From: Candidatus Latescibacterota bacterium
GTDB taxonomy: Bacteria > Latescibacterota > UBA2968 > UBA8231
DNA length: 64,000 bases
Direction: 5' to 3'
NCBI GenBank assembly: GCA_965208105.1
Contig: OZ242318.1
Coordinates: 3,264,001-3,328,000, forward strand
In this document: one piece after another, positions 50,317 through 60,579 of the stretch
Layout: every line of letters starts with the position of its first letter
Numbering within the stretch: position 1 is the first letter of the stretch
Position numbers and translations under genes: made by a program
The notes under the pieces: model-generated
What the model saw: only the letters and a program-made list of their open reading frames with translations
What the model was told of the DNA's origin: nothing
Database searches by the model: none

Positions 50317-51240
50317 ATGCTCCTAGCCGCAGATGAACCCTCGGTAAACAGACCGAGGGCCCTACGCCAGCTTATCGAGGGAAAAACCCTGGTCTTACCG
50401 GGCGTTTTCAATGCCCCGGTGGCCATGTTGGCCGAGCGTTTGGGATTTGAGGGCGTCTATATCTCCGGCGCCGGCCTGATAAACGGCATGGCGGGGTACC
50501 CGGACATCGGCCTCCTGGGCATGGATGAGGTAGTGCGGGGAGCGGGCTACATCACCCGCGCCACGAAGTTGCCAGCCGTCTGCGATGCGGATACCGGATT
50601 CGGGGAAGTTCTCCAGGTCATGCGCACGGTCCAGGCCTTCGAACGCGCCGGAGTGGCCGGAATTCACCTGGAAGATCAGCAGATGCCCAAGCGCTGCGGA
50701 CACCTGGAGGGCAAATCGCTCATCGGATGCGTCGAGATGGAGCGTAAACTGGCCGCTGCGGCCGAAGCCCGGCAGGACCCTGACTTCATGCTGATCGCCC
50801 GCACGGACGCGCGCAGCGTCGAGGGATTTGACCGGAGTGTCGAGCGTGGCCTGCGCTACCTGGAAGCAGGCGCAGACGCCATTTTCCCCGAGGCGCTTCT
50901 TACCCCCGAGGAGTTCGCCCTCTACGCCGAAAAGGTAAAAGCCCCGCTGATGGCCAACATGACGGAGTTTGGCAAGTCCCCTTCGATCACCGTGGAGTCG
51001 TTTGCCGCCATGGGCTACAAGATGGTGATTTTTCCGATGACGGCCTTCAGGGTAATGATGAGGGCGGTGGAGGACCTGCTTCGCGAGATCAGGGACAAGG
51101 GTACGGCCGACGCCTACCTGGAGCGTATGCAGACCCGCCGGGAATTCTACGAACTGATTCAATACGGGAAGTATTCTGAGATGGATGAGGCCATCAGGGC
51201 CCGCTTTCCGCAACGCAAAGGAAGAACCGACCATGAATGA
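50317..51240 (+). CDS. prpB: 2-methylisocitrate lyase
   Basis: DADTGFG, HLEDQ.MPKRCGHL, IARTDA, ANMTEFGK; adjacent to a citrate synthase gene. Confidence 0.9.
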   Translation: MLLAADEPSVNRPRALRQLIEGKTLVLPGVFNAPVAMLAERLGFEGVYISGAGLINGMAGYPDIGLLGMDEVVRGAGYITRATKLPAVCDADTGFGEVLQVMRTVQAFERAGVAGIHLEDQQMPKRCGHLEGKSLIGCVEMERKLAAAAEARQDPDFMLIARTDARSVEGFDRSVERGLRYLEAGADAIFPEALLTPEEFALYAEKVKAPLMANMTEFGKSPSITVESFAAMGYKMVIFPMTAFRVMMRAVEDLLREIRDKGTADAYLERMQTRREFYELIQYGKYSEMDEAIRARFPQRKGRTDHE

Positions 51241-52363
51241 CAAAGCGTATAGCCCTGGGCTGGAGGGGGTCGCCGCCGGCGAGTCGGCCATTTCGCAGAT
51301 CGACATCGAACTCAATCGCCTCGTCATCCGCGGTTGCGACCTGGTGGAGTTGACCGAGCGGGCTTCCTTCGAGGAAGTCGCCCATCTTCTGCTCTACGAG
51401 GATCTGCCCGATGAGGAGGAGCTCGGGCAGTTCAAAGAGCTGCTGTGTGCCGAACGCCATCTTCCCGGCAGGGTTCTTGATCTGCTGCGCAATGCCCCGA
51501 AATGTGCGCATCCCATGAGCCTGCTGCGGACGGCGGTATCGGCTCTCGCCATCGAGGATGCGGAGGCCGGGGACAACAGCCACGAAGCCAACGTGCGCAA
51601 GGCGATCCGCCTGATCGCCAAAATTCCCCTTCTCATTACCGCTGGACAGCGGCTGGCGGAGGGGAAGGAACCAGTTGCACCAAAGGAGAATTTGGGGCAG
51701 GCGGCCAATCTGCTATACATGCTGCGAGAGGAGGAACCGGCCGCTGACGAAGTAAGAGCCATGGATACTTCCCTGATCCTCTACGCCGAGCACGGATACA
51801 ACGCTTCCACTTTCACGGCGCGGGTGACGGCGTCCACTTTGAGCGATATCTACTCGGCGGTCACCGCGGCGATTGGAGCACTGGCCGGACCACTGCACGG
51901 TGGGGCGAACGAAAAGGCGATGGAGATGCTTCTGGAGATTGGAGAGAGGAAGAACGCCGAACGATGGGTCCTGGACGCGCTGTCCGCCAGAAAGAAGATC
52001 ATGGGCTTCGGGCACCGCGAGTACAAGACAGGAGATTCGCGCGTGCCATCGATGAAAAGGGTGGGCAGGGAGATCGCCGTTGCAAAGGGGGGGGCGAAAT
52101 GGCCTGAGTTGGCCGATATCGTCGAGGCGACCATGGAGCGGGAGAAGGGAATATATGCGAATGTGGACTTCCCCTGTGGCTATGTCTACTACATGATGGG
52201 GATTCCCATTCAGCTCTTCACGCCGATCTTTGTCTCCAGCAGGGTTGCCGGATGGGCAGCCCACGTGATCGAGCAGCACGACAATAACAGGCTGATCAGG
52301 CCGGGCCACATCTACACGGGAGTGAAAAACCGGGCGGTTCGGGGAGTTGGTGAGAGAGGGTGA
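51233..52363 (+). CDS. prpC: 2-methylcitrate/citrate synthase
   Basis: YAEHGYNASTF, GPLHGGAN, IMGFGHR, NVDF, SRVAGW.AH. Confidence 0.88.
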   Translation: MNDKAYSPGLEGVAAGESAISQIDIELNRLVIRGCDLVELTERASFEEVAHLLLYEDLPDEEELGQFKELLCAERHLPGRVLDLLRNAPKCAHPMSLLRTAVSALAIEDAEAGDNSHEANVRKAIRLIAKIPLLITAGQRLAEGKEPVAPKENLGQAANLLYMLREEEPAADEVRAMDTSLILYAEHGYNASTFTARVTASTLSDIYSAVTAAIGALAGPLHGGANEKAMEMLLEIGERKNAERWVLDALSARKKIMGFGHREYKTGDSRVPSMKRVGREIAVAKGGAKWPELADIVEATMEREKGIYANVDFPCGYVYYMMGIPIQLFTPIFVSSRVAGWAAHVIEQHDNNRLIRPGHIYTGVKNRAVRGVGERG

Positions 52364-52447
52364 GGGGAAAGAATCCTTCCTGCAGGCAGGTCCGGGCAAG
52401 CTCTAACCTGGCATCGCGCCGTGAGACCGCTGAGGTGGCGCGCTGCT

Positions 52448-53014
52448 TCATTGGCGATGGGCATCCTTCGGCGAGGGCGGCCTGCGCTGTTGCAGAAGGT
52501 AGGTGCGAACCTCCTGCAGGAAGGATTGCACCGCTTCGGTCCGGTAGTCGGGATAGGTCCAATCAAAAGGGCGGAAGCGTCCCTTCTGGAAGAGAAGCGT
52601 AGTCTCTGCGTAGAGGCCCGGGGCGATGCAGATCCGGTGGCCGCTGTACTTGGTGCTGGCCAGCACCATGCTTTCAAGGGAAACCAGGCCCGGGTCGATG
52701 TTGGTGCGCCTGCATGTCTTTCCTTCCCTTGTTTCCGCCATTTCCCGTTCCAACTCCATGGTCTTGTGCTTTATCCCGGGAAGCTCAGCCGGGTCCACGA
52801 GTGGCTCGAACCATAGTATCTGCTTGATCAGGGAAGGTCCCATTTCCCTCTCGTAGTAGGAGGTGTATTCGAAAGGATAGGCAGGTCCCTGCCGGCGGAC
52901 TGGATGTATCCGGGATTCCAGCCGGTACCTGGTTTCCTCGAGAATGGCCTGGTTTCGAGCCAGGGTCGCGCAGACCAGGGCGACGGGGCCGGCCCCCTTC
53001 AGATCGACGGGCAT
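52448..53014 (-). CDS. DUF4416-family protein
   Basis: YTSYYEREMG, NIDPG, VLASTK..HRI, F.WTYPDY. Confidence 0.8.
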   Translation of the reverse strand: MPVDLKGAGPVALVCATLARNQAILEETRYRLESRIHPVRRQGPAYPFEYTSYYEREMGPSLIKQILWFEPLVDPAELPGIKHKTMELEREMAETREGKTCRRTNIDPGLVSLESMVLASTKYSGHRICIAPGLYAETTLLFQKGRFRPFDWTYPDYRTEAVQSFLQEVRTYLLQQRRPPSPKDAHRQ

Positions 53015-53066
53015 GGCGAGTTCGGTATCTCCAGGTGAATGATAAATAGTAGGGAAAAGGATAGAA

Positions 53067-53783
53067 ATGAAACAGACCGGTATTCCTCGCAAGGTCCTCG
53101 GACAGTTGCTCCTTCCCAGCACGGCGACCATTACCTCTGTATTGAAGAAGCGGGGCCTGAGCAACACCTTCATGCACGATGTGGTCCCCCTGGCGCCCGA
53201 TATGAAGATGGCAGGGCCGGCGTTTACCCTGCGCTATATTCCCGCCCGCGAAGATCTCGACACGGGCGAGGTGGACAACCTGACGGATGTGCAGCGCATC
53301 GGCATCGAGCGCATCGGCCGGGGTGATATCCTGGTAATCGATGCGCGGGGCGACACCAGGGCAGGCACCATGGGCGATATCCTGGCGACCCGGATAATGG
53401 TGCGCGGCGGTGCCGGCATTGTTACCGACGGGGCTTTTCGCGACGCTCCCGCCATTGCGAAAAGCGGCCTGGCGGCGTATTCGGCAGCCATGAATGCCCA
53501 CACCAACAAGACCATTCACCACCCTTCAGAGATTCAGGTGCCGATCGGCTGTGGGGGTGTGGCGGTTTTTCCCGGAGATATTGTCGTGGGTGATGGGGAG
53601 GGGGTCGTGGTGGTTCCGGCGCACCTGGCGGATTGGGTTGCCCGGGAATCGGTGGAACAGGAAGAGAGGGAGGAATTTATCCGGGAGAAGATCCGCGCGG
53701 GAGCCAGTCTCGTCGGGACCTATCCGCCGGACGAAAGGACCATGGCAGAATTTGCCGAGTGGAAGAGGAAAAGCGGAGGATAG
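53067..53783 (+). CDS. RraA/HMG aldolase family protein
   Basis: AGPAFTLRY, VIDARG, GDIL, VTDGAFRD, VFPGDIVVGDGEGVVV. Confidence 0.88.
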   Translation: MKQTGIPRKVLGQLLLPSTATITSVLKKRGLSNTFMHDVVPLAPDMKMAGPAFTLRYIPAREDLDTGEVDNLTDVQRIGIERIGRGDILVIDARGDTRAGTMGDILATRIMVRGGAGIVTDGAFRDAPAIAKSGLAAYSAAMNAHTNKTIHHPSEIQVPIGCGGVAVFPGDIVVGDGEGVVVVPAHLADWVARESVEQEEREEFIREKIRAGASLVGTYPPDERTMAEFAEWKRKSGG

Positions 53784-53832
53784 GCCACGGTTCGATGGAG
53801 GGGCCAGGGAAGGACATCCTCCTTGGTTGCCC

Positions 53833-55260
53833 TCAGTCCGGTGCAGTGGACCAGGGTTCGCTCGCGGATTTGGAGGGGTGATCTTCGATTACGCGCATGT
53901 CTTTCCACTGGCCGGCGCGAAATCGCAGGTAGAAGGCAATCCCTGCCACAACGATGTATGCGCACAGGATGGACCACAGGCCATAGATTCCGACGTCGAA
54001 ATAGGATAGAGCCAGAAATCCTGGAATGACCATGAGGGCCCAGCTCAACCCGACTGACAGGCAGAGGACGTAGCGCGTATCGCCGGCCCCTTTGAGGGCG
54101 GCCGTGAAGACAATGTACATGGCGTCGAAGACACAGTAGACGGCCACGATGCGCAGCAGGACCAGGGCTGTGGACCGGGCGGCGGTGAAAGCCGCCCCCT
54201 GGGCCCGCGCGTCGAAGGGCAGCAGGAACAACTCGGGTGTGAACACGTAAGCGAGAGCCATGCCCGTCATGTAGAGGAAGGCGAAGTGGAATCCCGTCCA
54301 GGTGCAGTACTCCGCCTGGTGCGGGCGATTCTGACCCAGGCGTTGGCCTACCATGGTAGATACGGCGATGCTGCACCCGATGAGGGGCATGAATGCCAGG
54401 CTGTTGATGTTGGCGGCCAGGTTGCTGGCGGCCAGTTCGACCATGCCGAGCCGGCCCGTGAGCAGGATGAACAGGGAGAAGGCCATGATGTCGAGCATGA
54501 AGGTCAGGCCGCTTGGGCCGCCGAAGCGAAGAAGCCGGCGGAAAAGGGGGAAATTGAACCTCCACCCTTGCAGGGTTTTGAATTCCTCCCGGTAGCCTCG
54601 TTGCAGCATCAATCCCAGAAACAAAAGTGCCGAGAACAAGGTGGCGATGTTGGTTGCCCAGGCCGCTCCCCGGATGCCCCATGCGGGCAGCCCCCATCTG
54701 CCGAAGATGAGACCGTAGTCGAGGACGATATTGAAGGACGTATAGGCGATGTTGACGGCCAGAACCGTCCAGGTTTTGCCGCGGCCGCTGAAAAAACAGG
54801 AAGCTGAGGTGGAAACCACCAGCGGAAAGAAACCGTAGCAGAGGATGCGGAAGTAAACTATCTCTTTTTCCCGTATGGCCGGATCGTGTCCGATCAAGTC
54901 GAATAGCGGTCTGGCCAGCGCAACCAGAGCCAATCCGAAGAGGGCGGCCAGTAGGGCCAGGTAAGCTCCCTGCCAGACGACGGGACCCACGTTCCGGGGC
55001 CGGCGGGCGCCGACGTACTGGGCGACGAAGGTGTTGATGTAGCCGGCGATTCCCAGGAATAGACTGACAAAGGTGAAGTTGGTCATCCCCGCCGGCATGG
55101 CGGCGGCAAGATCCTGGGTGGAGTGCCAGGTGAGAAAGACGCGGTCGACAAAGTGCTGGATGCTCCAACTGGCGGTGCTGAGTACGAGGGGGATGGCAAT
55201 CCCGAAAAATTCGCGGTATCCACCCTCCGCGCCCCATCTATGCTGCAGGTAGCCGATCAC
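53833..55260 (-). CDS. MATE family efflux transporter
   Basis: 12 TM, FVDRVF, NIVLDYGLIFG..GLP.WGI.GAA.AT, LKGAGDT. Confidence 0.92.
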   Translation of the reverse strand: MIGYLQHRWGAEGGYREFFGIAIPLVLSTASWSIQHFVDRVFLTWHSTQDLAAAMPAGMTNFTFVSLFLGIAGYINTFVAQYVGARRPRNVGPVVWQGAYLALLAALFGLALVALARPLFDLIGHDPAIREKEIVYFRILCYGFFPLVVSTSASCFFSGRGKTWTVLAVNIAYTSFNIVLDYGLIFGRWGLPAWGIRGAAWATNIATLFSALLFLGLMLQRGYREEFKTLQGWRFNFPLFRRLLRFGGPSGLTFMLDIMAFSLFILLTGRLGMVELAASNLAANINSLAFMPLIGCSIAVSTMVGQRLGQNRPHQAEYCTWTGFHFAFLYMTGMALAYVFTPELFLLPFDARAQGAAFTAARSTALVLLRIVAVYCVFDAMYIVFTAALKGAGDTRYVLCLSVGLSWALMVIPGFLALSYFDVGIYGLWSILCAYIVVAGIAFYLRFRAGQWKDMRVIEDHPSKSASEPWSTAPD

Positions 55261-55665
55261 TTGACTCCATACTCTAATCGGTTCATCATTCCAGATTTAT
55301 CGTGGATGAAGGAATTCGGGCCTGGGTGGGAGAACAAGGCCGCCGTGCCGCCTCTTCCAGTGGTTCCCTCCGTCGGGAGCCATGCCCTCGCTCGCTCGCG
55401 ACCGGGAGGAGGCAGGTTTTCCTGGGGGGTCTCACCTTGTTTCGGTGAGGTTGGATCCTCCTGGAGGAATATGGCAATAAAGTAGAAGGAGGAAAAGAAA
55501 CCCGGCCCTGCCCACGTTGCCGCGGTCAACGGAAGGGTGATATGCGCCTGCTTCAGCTATGAAGAGCGAGGGATGTATCGCGAGGGAGATGGGGAGCGCC
55601 GTTTTCTCCTGTTGGAGCTTGCAGTAGAACCGGATTTGCAGTAAACGAAGCCACAGGGAGGTATC

Positions 55666-56010
55666 ATGGCCGAAGTGAAAATCTACCACAATCCGGAGTG
55701 CAGCAAAAGCCGTCAGACTCTCGACCTTGTCAGGGCGAGGGGAGTCGAGCCGGAGATCGTCGAATACCTGGAGAACCCACCGGACGAAAGGACGCTGGAA
55801 CTGCTCCTGTCGAAATTGGGCATAGAGCCTGAGGAACTGGTCCGCAAAAAGGAGGATTTGTACGAAGAGTTGAACCTTGAGCAGGCCGACCGCCGGGAGT
55901 TGATTGCGGCAATGGTGGAGAATCCCGTTCTGATCGAGCGACCAATAGTGGTGAAGGGCGAGCAGGCAACGCTCGGTCGGCCGCCCGAAAATGTCCTGAA
56001 TATTCTGTAG
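55666..56010 (+). CDS. arsC: Arsenate reductase (glutaredoxin-dependent ArsC family)
   Basis: IYHNPECSKSR, LIERPIV, GRPPE. Confidence 0.88.
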   Translation: MAEVKIYHNPECSKSRQTLDLVRARGVEPEIVEYLENPPDERTLELLLSKLGIEPEELVRKKEDLYEELNLEQADRRELIAAMVENPVLIERPIVVKGEQATLGRPPENVLNIL

Positions 56011-56017
56011 GCGCTGC

Positions 56018-56632
56018 GTGCAGTCGCTCAAGCTTGGTTTTTTGGCCTCCCACGGCGGCAGCAACATGCAGGCCATTATCGACGCCTGCAAGAAGGGACG
56101 GCTGCATGCCGACCCCAGGGTGGTGATCAGCAACAACTCGAATTCCGGCGCCCTGGAGCGCGCGCGGAGAGAAGGCATCCCGGCTTTTCACTTGAGTGGG
56201 CGTACCCATCCCGACCCGGGTGAGCTGGAGAAGGCGATCCTTGCAACTTTGAAGCGACGGGGCGCCGAGGTGGTCTGTCTGACCGGCTACATGAAGCGGC
56301 TGGGTGCGGCTGTGGTGTCGGCCTACCGCGGCCGCATCCTGAACATTCACCCCGCCTTGCTGCCCAAGTTCGGAGGCAGGGGGTTGTACGGGCGGGCAGT
56401 GCACGAGGCCGTGCTGGCGGCCGGCGAGAAAGAGAGCGGGGCGACGGTGCATCTGGTGGACGAAGAGTACGACCACGGACCTGTGCTGGCGCAAAGAAAG
56501 GTGGCCGTGATGGCCGGCGACGACCCGGATGTGCTGTCGGCGCGGGTTCTGCGGCAGGAGCACATTCTCTACGCGGAGGTCCTGCAAAAGATAGCCCGGG
56601 GCGAGATCCTGCTGGTGGATGTCGGCGCTTGA
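56018..56632 (+). CDS. purN: Phosphoribosylglycinamide formyltransferase
   Basis: ASHGGSNMQA, LNIHPALLP.FGG, GATVHLV..EYDHGP. Confidence 0.95.
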   Translation: MQSLKLGFLASHGGSNMQAIIDACKKGRLHADPRVVISNNSNSGALERARREGIPAFHLSGRTHPDPGELEKAILATLKRRGAEVVCLTGYMKRLGAAVVSAYRGRILNIHPALLPKFGGRGLYGRAVHEAVLAAGEKESGATVHLVDEEYDHGPVLAQRKVAVMAGDDPDVLSARVLRQEHILYAEVLQKIARGEILLVDVGA

Positions 56633-56644
56633 GAGGGGGATGGA

Positions 56645-56773
56645 CTAGTGTTGCGTCCCAGAAATATGTCGCCATTTTTCCGCCGATCCATCCCGGTTCA
56701 CGGCGTTGCGCTCCCTCCCCGAATCCCCTCGATTCGCCTCGGCGGCCCAATTTCGTCAACCTATCTCTGCTAG
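56645..56773 (-). mobile_element. Internally deleted/variant MITE type A (129 bp)
   Basis: CTAG at both ends; the reverse complement carries GCAGAGATAGGTTGACGAAATTGGGCCGCCGAGGCG and GCAACGCCGTGAACCGGGATGGATCGGCGGAAAAATGGCGACATAT of type A. Confidence 0.85.
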
Positions 56774-56963
56774 GGTGGCAAATCTCTGCCGACCTCTATC
56801 CTCTTCCCCGTGGTTCCCCTGGTCCCTTTTCAATCGCCCTGCAAATCAGTAAGGGCTATATTATCCATCGGCGCGGTCCCGGCGCCGGACTTCCGCCGAT
56901 CAGCGCCGCCGCCGGTGAAAAACACTTCCAACACCCACCATCTTCAAGCTCGGAGTCGCCACC

Positions 56964-58175
56964 ATGGTAAAGGAAAAAGACTACAAGGTCCGCTCAATTC
57001 CCTGCAGTCACAAGGCTTCCCCCGAGGAGATCTACCAGAGGCTCAAGGCGGTTACCGCCCCGCTCACGCGCTCCTGGGAGAAGATCGAGAGGGCCCGCAA
57101 TGTAGGGATAAAGGTCAACATGCAGATGCGCACGGAGGACATCCGCCGCATCGGTGGCCGCCGCCAGGAACTGGTGGACGATGACGTGCTCCGCGCCGCC
57201 TTGCGCTTGCTGCGAGAACGCACCGACGCACGGATTTTCGTACTCGACACAAGCATGGTACCTGCGGGGCAGCGCCCCGGGGCCGATTTCAACATGGCCC
57301 CCGTTTTCGAGGAATTCGGGATCCCCTACGTGGAAGCCGGAGACCCTCCCTTCGAACGCTACAAGGTGCCGGGGGGCGGAGCGATGTTCGCAGAGTACCA
57401 GTTGTCGGCAGCTCTCGGCGAGGCCGACGCCTTCGTATCCATAGCCAAGATGAAAAACCACGGCTTCATGGGGATCACCCTGTGCCTGAAGAACCTGTTC
57501 GGCCTGCCGCCCATACCGCCCCACGGCCGCTTGCGGACCTATTTTCACCATGTCATTAGGCTTTCGTACGTGCTGCCGGATCTCGGAATGATTACCCGGC
57601 CCTGCCTCAATATCATCGACGCACTAACGGGACAGGCGCGCCGGGAGTGGGGAGGCGAAGGACGGATCTGCGACGCGCTCATTGCGGGGGACCAGGTTGT
57701 TGCAACCGACGCCTGCGGCACCTACCTGATGGGGACGGACCCGCGCCTGGATTGGCCCAATCCACCCTACCGGCGCGACCGCAGTCCCATTGTGGTGGCC
57801 GCCGAGCACGGATTCGGCACGGTGGACCTGGATGAGATCGACTTCGACTCTGGAGGGTTGCAGCCTCCCCTTGCGGAGTTCGATTCGGCGGAGTTGGTCC
57901 CCGGTGAAAGAATCGCCAGCCTGCGCCGGACCGCATGTGAACAAGCATTGTTCTACCGCGAGCATCGCCAGCGCCTGTGCGGGCGCTACGGCGGGTCTTT
58001 CATATTTCTGCAGGATGGAGAGGTGGTCTGGAGCGGCGCCAAGCCGGAGGAGGCGGGCGCGGTACAGGATGTCAGCGGGGATCGAAAGGATCAGGCGGTG
58101 TGGCTCAAGCTTGTCGATCCAGAGGAGAAGGAGGGAGAAAATATGGCGGTATACGAAGAGATTCAGGCGGCCTGA
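56964..58175 (+). CDS. DUF362-domain protein
   Basis: GIKVN, SIAKMKNH..GITLCLKNLFG, LNIIDAL, GDQVVATDA. Confidence 0.8.
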   Translation: MVKEKDYKVRSIPCSHKASPEEIYQRLKAVTAPLTRSWEKIERARNVGIKVNMQMRTEDIRRIGGRRQELVDDDVLRAALRLLRERTDARIFVLDTSMVPAGQRPGADFNMAPVFEEFGIPYVEAGDPPFERYKVPGGGAMFAEYQLSAALGEADAFVSIAKMKNHGFMGITLCLKNLFGLPPIPPHGRLRTYFHHVIRLSYVLPDLGMITRPCLNIIDALTGQARREWGGEGRICDALIAGDQVVATDACGTYLMGTDPRLDWPNPPYRRDRSPIVVAAEHGFGTVDLDEIDFDSGGLQPPLAEFDSAELVPGERIASLRRTACEQALFYREHRQRLCGRYGGSFIFLQDGEVVWSGAKPEEAGAVQDVSGDRKDQAVWLKLVDPEEKEGENMAVYEEIQAA

Positions 58176-58227
58176 GCAAAGTGCCGGGAAGCTTCATCAA
58201 AGCTGATTTGTTCAAGGAAGGATTGGT

Positions 58228-59010
58228 ATGGGGATACTCGACAAGTTTTCATTGAAGGGCCGCATCGCCCTGGTGTCCGGGGGAGCGGGACCCCTGTTCG
58301 GAAGCAGTATTTCTTCTGCCCTGGCTGAAGCCGGCGCTACCTTGATCACGGCGTCGAGGTCATTGGAACGCAACCGGGAGTTCGCCGAGAAATTGAACAG
58401 CCAGGGTTACGATGCCCACGCCATGGAGCTGGATATCACCGACCTGGAGTCCATCGAAGCCTTGAAAGCGGAGGTCGCGGGGAGGTTCGGCCGACTCGAC
58501 GTCCTGGTCAACAGCGCCCTGGCGATCAGAGGAGGCGGATTCGACGAGCAGACACCGCAAACATGGGAGTTTGGAGCCAAGGGCAACATGGTCGGACTTT
58601 TCGCCATGTGCAAGGCGTTCATTCCCGGCATGGTCGAACGAGGCAGGGGATCCGTCATCAACATTTCCAGTATTTACGGAGTGGTGGCGAACGATCCCAC
58701 CATCTACGAGGGCACGGAAATGAAACAGCCGCCCGACTATACCTTCGTGAAGGCCGGTATGATCAATTTCACCCGCTATCTGGCCAACTATTTCGGCAAG
58801 AAAGGGGTGCGCGCCAACTGCATTTGCCCGGGAGGTTACGACAGCGGCGATCCCGCCCCCTTCAGGGCCAACTATACAAAGCGCTGTCCCCTGGGACGGC
58901 TGTTGGACGACGAGGACATCAAGGGGTCGGTGGTCTTTCTCGCCTCCGACGCCTCGGCCTACGTCACCGGGCATGCTCTCATGGTGGATGGGGGGTGGAC
59001 CACCCTCTGA
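58228..59010 (+). CDS. Short-chain dehydrogenase/reductase
   Basis: NISSIYG, YTFVKAG (YxxxK), NCICPGG, YVTGHALMVDGGWT. Confidence 0.92.
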   Translation: MGILDKFSLKGRIALVSGGAGPLFGSSISSALAEAGATLITASRSLERNREFAEKLNSQGYDAHAMELDITDLESIEALKAEVAGRFGRLDVLVNSALAIRGGGFDEQTPQTWEFGAKGNMVGLFAMCKAFIPGMVERGRGSVINISSIYGVVANDPTIYEGTEMKQPPDYTFVKAGMINFTRYLANYFGKKGVRANCICPGGYDSGDPAPFRANYTKRCPLGRLLDDEDIKGSVVFLASDASAYVTGHALMVDGGWTTL

Positions 59011-59112
59011 GCGTGCGGAGGAAGCCCGCACAGGGTAGCGGCCGGCCTTAAAGCAGAATCTCCTTGCGGCAAACCCGGGCACCCGCGGTCGTGGACCAGA
59101 TTCCCGCAGCCC

Positions 59113-60465
59113 CTATTGCGCCCGCAGATTGCCGAGCCGGAAGCGCCGCGGGTCTCCGAGGCGCAGGGCCAGATCATCAGCATCCATTCCCGTGTTCTCC
59201 ACGACCCAGTCCACCTCCGCCGCCAGTGGAGAGTCGAAGATGCCTGGATCGTCGGCGCCGATGGCCAGCTTCACGGTGGAGTCCAGGAAGCGATGCAAGG
59301 GATGACGGGAGGCCTCCGGCACACCGCCGATGCGCAGGTTGGAGGTGGGGCAGGACTCGATGACGGTGCCCAGCTCGACCAGGCGGTCGAGGACGAAGTC
59401 CTGGCGGCGGCGGATCTCTTCGAGCCGTTCCCGGGTGTAGGTGCTCCGCACCCTGGCTTCGGCGGGGCGCTGCCTCAAGGCGGACCGCTCTCGCTGCAGT
59501 GCTGGTCTGTCGACCTTCACACCGTAGCTTCGCAGCGAATCGCCGTAGCGCAGGTCATAGGCGATCTGGTCAACACGTTCGCTGGCGAGCTCCTCCTGGT
59601 GAGCATCCCGCCGCCGGGCCAGGGCTGTTTCCGGGTCGAGCCCCAGGGCAATGGCGTGGCCAAGGCGTGAAGCTCCCATCTCGGCTGCCTCGTGGCACCA
59701 GCGGATGGCGCTCTCCAGGGACTTGTCGAAATAGACTTCCCCTACGTGGTAGACCACCTGCAGGGCGCGCTCGGGGTTGAGCCTGTTGTCCCGGTTCAGG
59801 CGCTCGAAGAGGGGGCGCAAGGTCTTGGGGGGATAACCTTCCTCGAAGGAACAGAAGTCCAGGCCGACGATGGTGGGAATCAAATCCGGGCTCTCGTCGA
59901 AAAGCCGCTCTACCAGGGCGTACCCAACCAGGGGGGCCCGGCGCGGCAGGCTGATTATGTAGCGGGCTTCAAAGCCGTCGCGGCTGGCCTCCTGCATGAC
60001 GCGGGCATTGCGGCGGTGGGAGTTGATGAACCCTTCCGGATCTTCAACGGCGTAACTGTACATGGCGCGGTACTCGACGTAGTCGAGTCCCTCGGCGCGA
60101 TGGCGCTCGACGATGCGCCGCACTATCTCTTCCTCGCGGTGCAGCACCTGCCGCCAGTGGCGATAGAGACAGAAGATCAGGTTGTACTTGGCCTGGAAGC
60201 GTTCGAAACTCGCGCTGTCCGCTTCTTCGACAATGTAGTGCCGGTGGAAGCGCCTGAGCCCGCATGAGCGGCCGGCGAGCGCATCCCTGAACAGAGCAAC
60301 GGGATCGGGACGTGCGGCGAAGGCCTTCTCGTATCCCTCGATGAACAGATTCCAGTCTACCTCCTTGTAAACGTCTTCCCCCAGTTCAAGCAGGTCCTCG
60401 GCATAGATGCAGCCGCCGAGGTGGCAGTGGAGCTCGCAGCCTTTCAATATTCGCAAATCGGCCAT
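59113..60465 (-). CDS. Adenosine/AMP deaminase-like metallohydrolase
   Basis: ELHCHLGG, YHVGE, RLGH, ESCPTSN, GADDPGIF. Confidence 0.8.
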   Translation of the reverse strand: MADLRILKGCELHCHLGGCIYAEDLLELGEDVYKEVDWNLFIEGYEKAFAARPDPVALFRDALAGRSCGLRRFHRHYIVEEADSASFERFQAKYNLIFCLYRHWRQVLHREEEIVRRIVERHRAEGLDYVEYRAMYSYAVEDPEGFINSHRRNARVMQEASRDGFEARYIISLPRRAPLVGYALVERLFDESPDLIPTIVGLDFCSFEEGYPPKTLRPLFERLNRDNRLNPERALQVVYHVGEVYFDKSLESAIRWCHEAAEMGASRLGHAIALGLDPETALARRRDAHQEELASERVDQIAYDLRYGDSLRSYGVKVDRPALQRERSALRQRPAEARVRSTYTRERLEEIRRRQDFVLDRLVELGTVIESCPTSNLRIGGVPEASRHPLHRFLDSTVKLAIGADDPGIFDSPLAAEVDWVVENTGMDADDLALRLGDPRRFRLGNLRAQ

Positions 60466-60579
60466 AGGCCGGTTCCCGCTTTGAGAGTGGGGCAGGGTTG
60501 GGCTGGTCCGCGGCATTCGGAAACTGAGGCGACATGGGCGCTCGAATGCCTGGCCCGCTTTGGGGTGCAGCTCAGCGGA

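Noticed and set aside
53720-55237. 505-aa alternative-frame ORF overlapping the MATE gene
   Set aside because: Arg/Pro/His-rich composition typical of a shifted frame in GC-rich DNA.
55257-55665. Short ORFs between the MATE gene and arsC
   Set aside because: No motifs or convincing RBS; more likely a divergent promoter region.
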